A DNA stretch of 27,634 bases from Fibrobacterota bacterium (GTDB taxonomy: Bacteria > Fibrobacterota > Fibrobacteria > UBA11236). The DNA is taken from positions 1 to 27,634 of the forward strand of contig JAYUVP010000301.1 of assembly GCA_043753995.1 (NCBI GenBank), read 5' to 3'. The translations under genes and the position numbers were made by a program. The notes beneath the pieces are model-generated. The model ran no database searches and had not been told where the DNA came from. It saw only the letters and a program-made list of their open reading frames with translations. Positions 26,640 to 27,634 of the stretch are shown in pieces. How positions within the stretch are numbered: position 1 is the stretch's first letter; each line of letters starts with the position of its first letter.

Positions 26640-27634
26640 CGCAAATTTTCATCATACTCCGCAAGGAAATACAACAACTCGCGCGCGATCGCGCCTCGCT
26701 GCGTTTGCTTTTCATCATGCCGGTAATGCAGCTCATTGTCCTGGGTTTCGCCATCACGACCGAAGTCAAGCGTACGCCCGTCATGACCGTGGACCGTTGC
26801 GATTGCCCCGAAAGCCGTTCTCTGCTTCAGCGCCTCCCCCTGCAAGGTCTATTCGTGAATGCCGGAGAAGCGAATACCGAAGCCGATTTGCGATTGGCCA
26901 TGGATCAAGGCCGGGCTCGTATCGGCATTGTCATCCCCCCCGATTTCGGGAAGCGCCTGCAAGCCTCCGCCAATCCCGCCGCTCTTGCGGATCCAGGCCC
27001 GCATCGACCTCCAGGTGCGCCGCTCATGCTTTTGGTGGATGGCCAGGATGCGAATTCGGCCTCGGTGGCACGCGGTTATTTCACGGCCATCGCCACTCGC
27101 TGGGCCACCGATTTTCTCGAAGCGCGCCTTCTATCCCAAGGCCTGCGGCTGCAAGAAGTTCTCCCCATTGGCATTCGATCCGAAGTGCTATTCAATCCAC
27201 TATTGCGATCGCCCTGGTATATGGTTCCAGGCATTGGGGTCATTCTCGTCACCATAGTCACAGGTTTGCTGACCGGCTTTTCCATCGTACGCGAAAAAGA
27301 AAACGGCACCTTGGAGCAACTCATGGTCACCCCGCTTCACCCCACCGCCTTGGTGCTCGGCAAGGCCGCTCCGTATTTTCTGCTCGGATTGCTTGAGCTT
27401 TTCGCCGTCCTAGGTCTGGCCATACTGGTATTTCAAATTCCCTTTCTCGGACAATTCTCTACCCTCATTCTTTTCGCGTCGGCCTATATGCTCAGCTCGC
27501 TTGGCATCGGCATTTTAACCAGCACGGTCACTCGCAATCAGCAACAAGCCCTCTTTGTTATTTGGTTTATCCTTCTCTTTTTCTTGCTGCTCTCTGGTTT
27601 TTTCATGCCTATCGAAAACATGCCGCAATGGGTG
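26636..27634 (+). CDS. ABC-2 type permease (YbhR-like), 3' end runs off window
   Basis: Absent from the ORF track. Manual translation from GTG 26636 gives MTQIFIILRKEIQQLARD...VDGQDANS...FNPLLRSPWYMVPG...VREKENGTLEQLMVTP...LSGFFMPIENMPQWV. Confidence 0.92.
   Translation, partial: MTQIFIILRKEIQQLARDRASLRLLFIMPVMQLIVLGFAITTEVKRTPVMTVDRCDCPESRSLLQRLPLQGLFVNAGEANTEADLRLAMDQGRARIGIVIPPDFGKRLQASANPAALADPGPHRPPGAPLMLLVDGQDANSASVARGYFTAIATRWATDFLEARLLSQGLRLQEVLPIGIRSEVLFNPLLRSPWYMVPGIGVILVTIVTGLLTGFSIVREKENGTLEQLMVTPLHPTALVLGKAAPYFLLGLLELFAVLGLAILVFQIPFLGQFSTLILFASAYMLSSLGIGILTSTVTRNQQQALFVIWFILLFFLLLSGFFMPIENMPQWV

Noticed and set aside
26797..27396. 199-aa and 132-aa plus-strand ORFs in the track
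   Set aside because: They are alternative frames within the real permease, which starts at GTG 26636.
1..27634. Mobile elements, CRISPR arrays, tRNA/rRNA, defence systems
   Set aside because: No repeat arrays, recombinase or transposase motifs, or evident compositional shift. All intergenic gaps are about 100 bp or less and show no cloverleaf signatures.

Overview
Gene-dense bacterial chromosome segment, moderately GC-rich by eye, mostly housekeeping and envelope genes. No tRNA, rRNA, CRISPR array, transposase, integrase or phage gene is evident. In order: rpsA (3'-truncated) and cmk on the minus strand; a divergent unit of an FN3-like lipoprotein, a 1604-aa peptidase C25 (gingipain/PorU-like) protein with a T9SS/FlgD-Ig-type C-terminal domain, rsmI and lnt; a minus-strand run of a mutarotase-like gene, recO, gluQ-like, panB and a small hypothetical; a divergent xylFGH-like sugar ABC importer; ispG (long form) and a TrmJ-type methyltransferase on the minus strand; and a TetR-TolC-HlyD-2xATPase-2xpermease (YbhGFSR-like) export operon running off the right edge. 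The C25/CTD protein and long IspG suggest an FCB-group organism, possibly Fibrobacterota (inference only). I found no clearly new system. The best leads are the lipoprotein-C25 pair, recurring -10 boxes just upstream of start codons (leaderless mRNAs), a tandem TetR operator between ispG and tetR, a structured rpsA leader, and the mutarotase-like gene linked to both xylFGH and recO. All calls come from motif reading, with no database searches.
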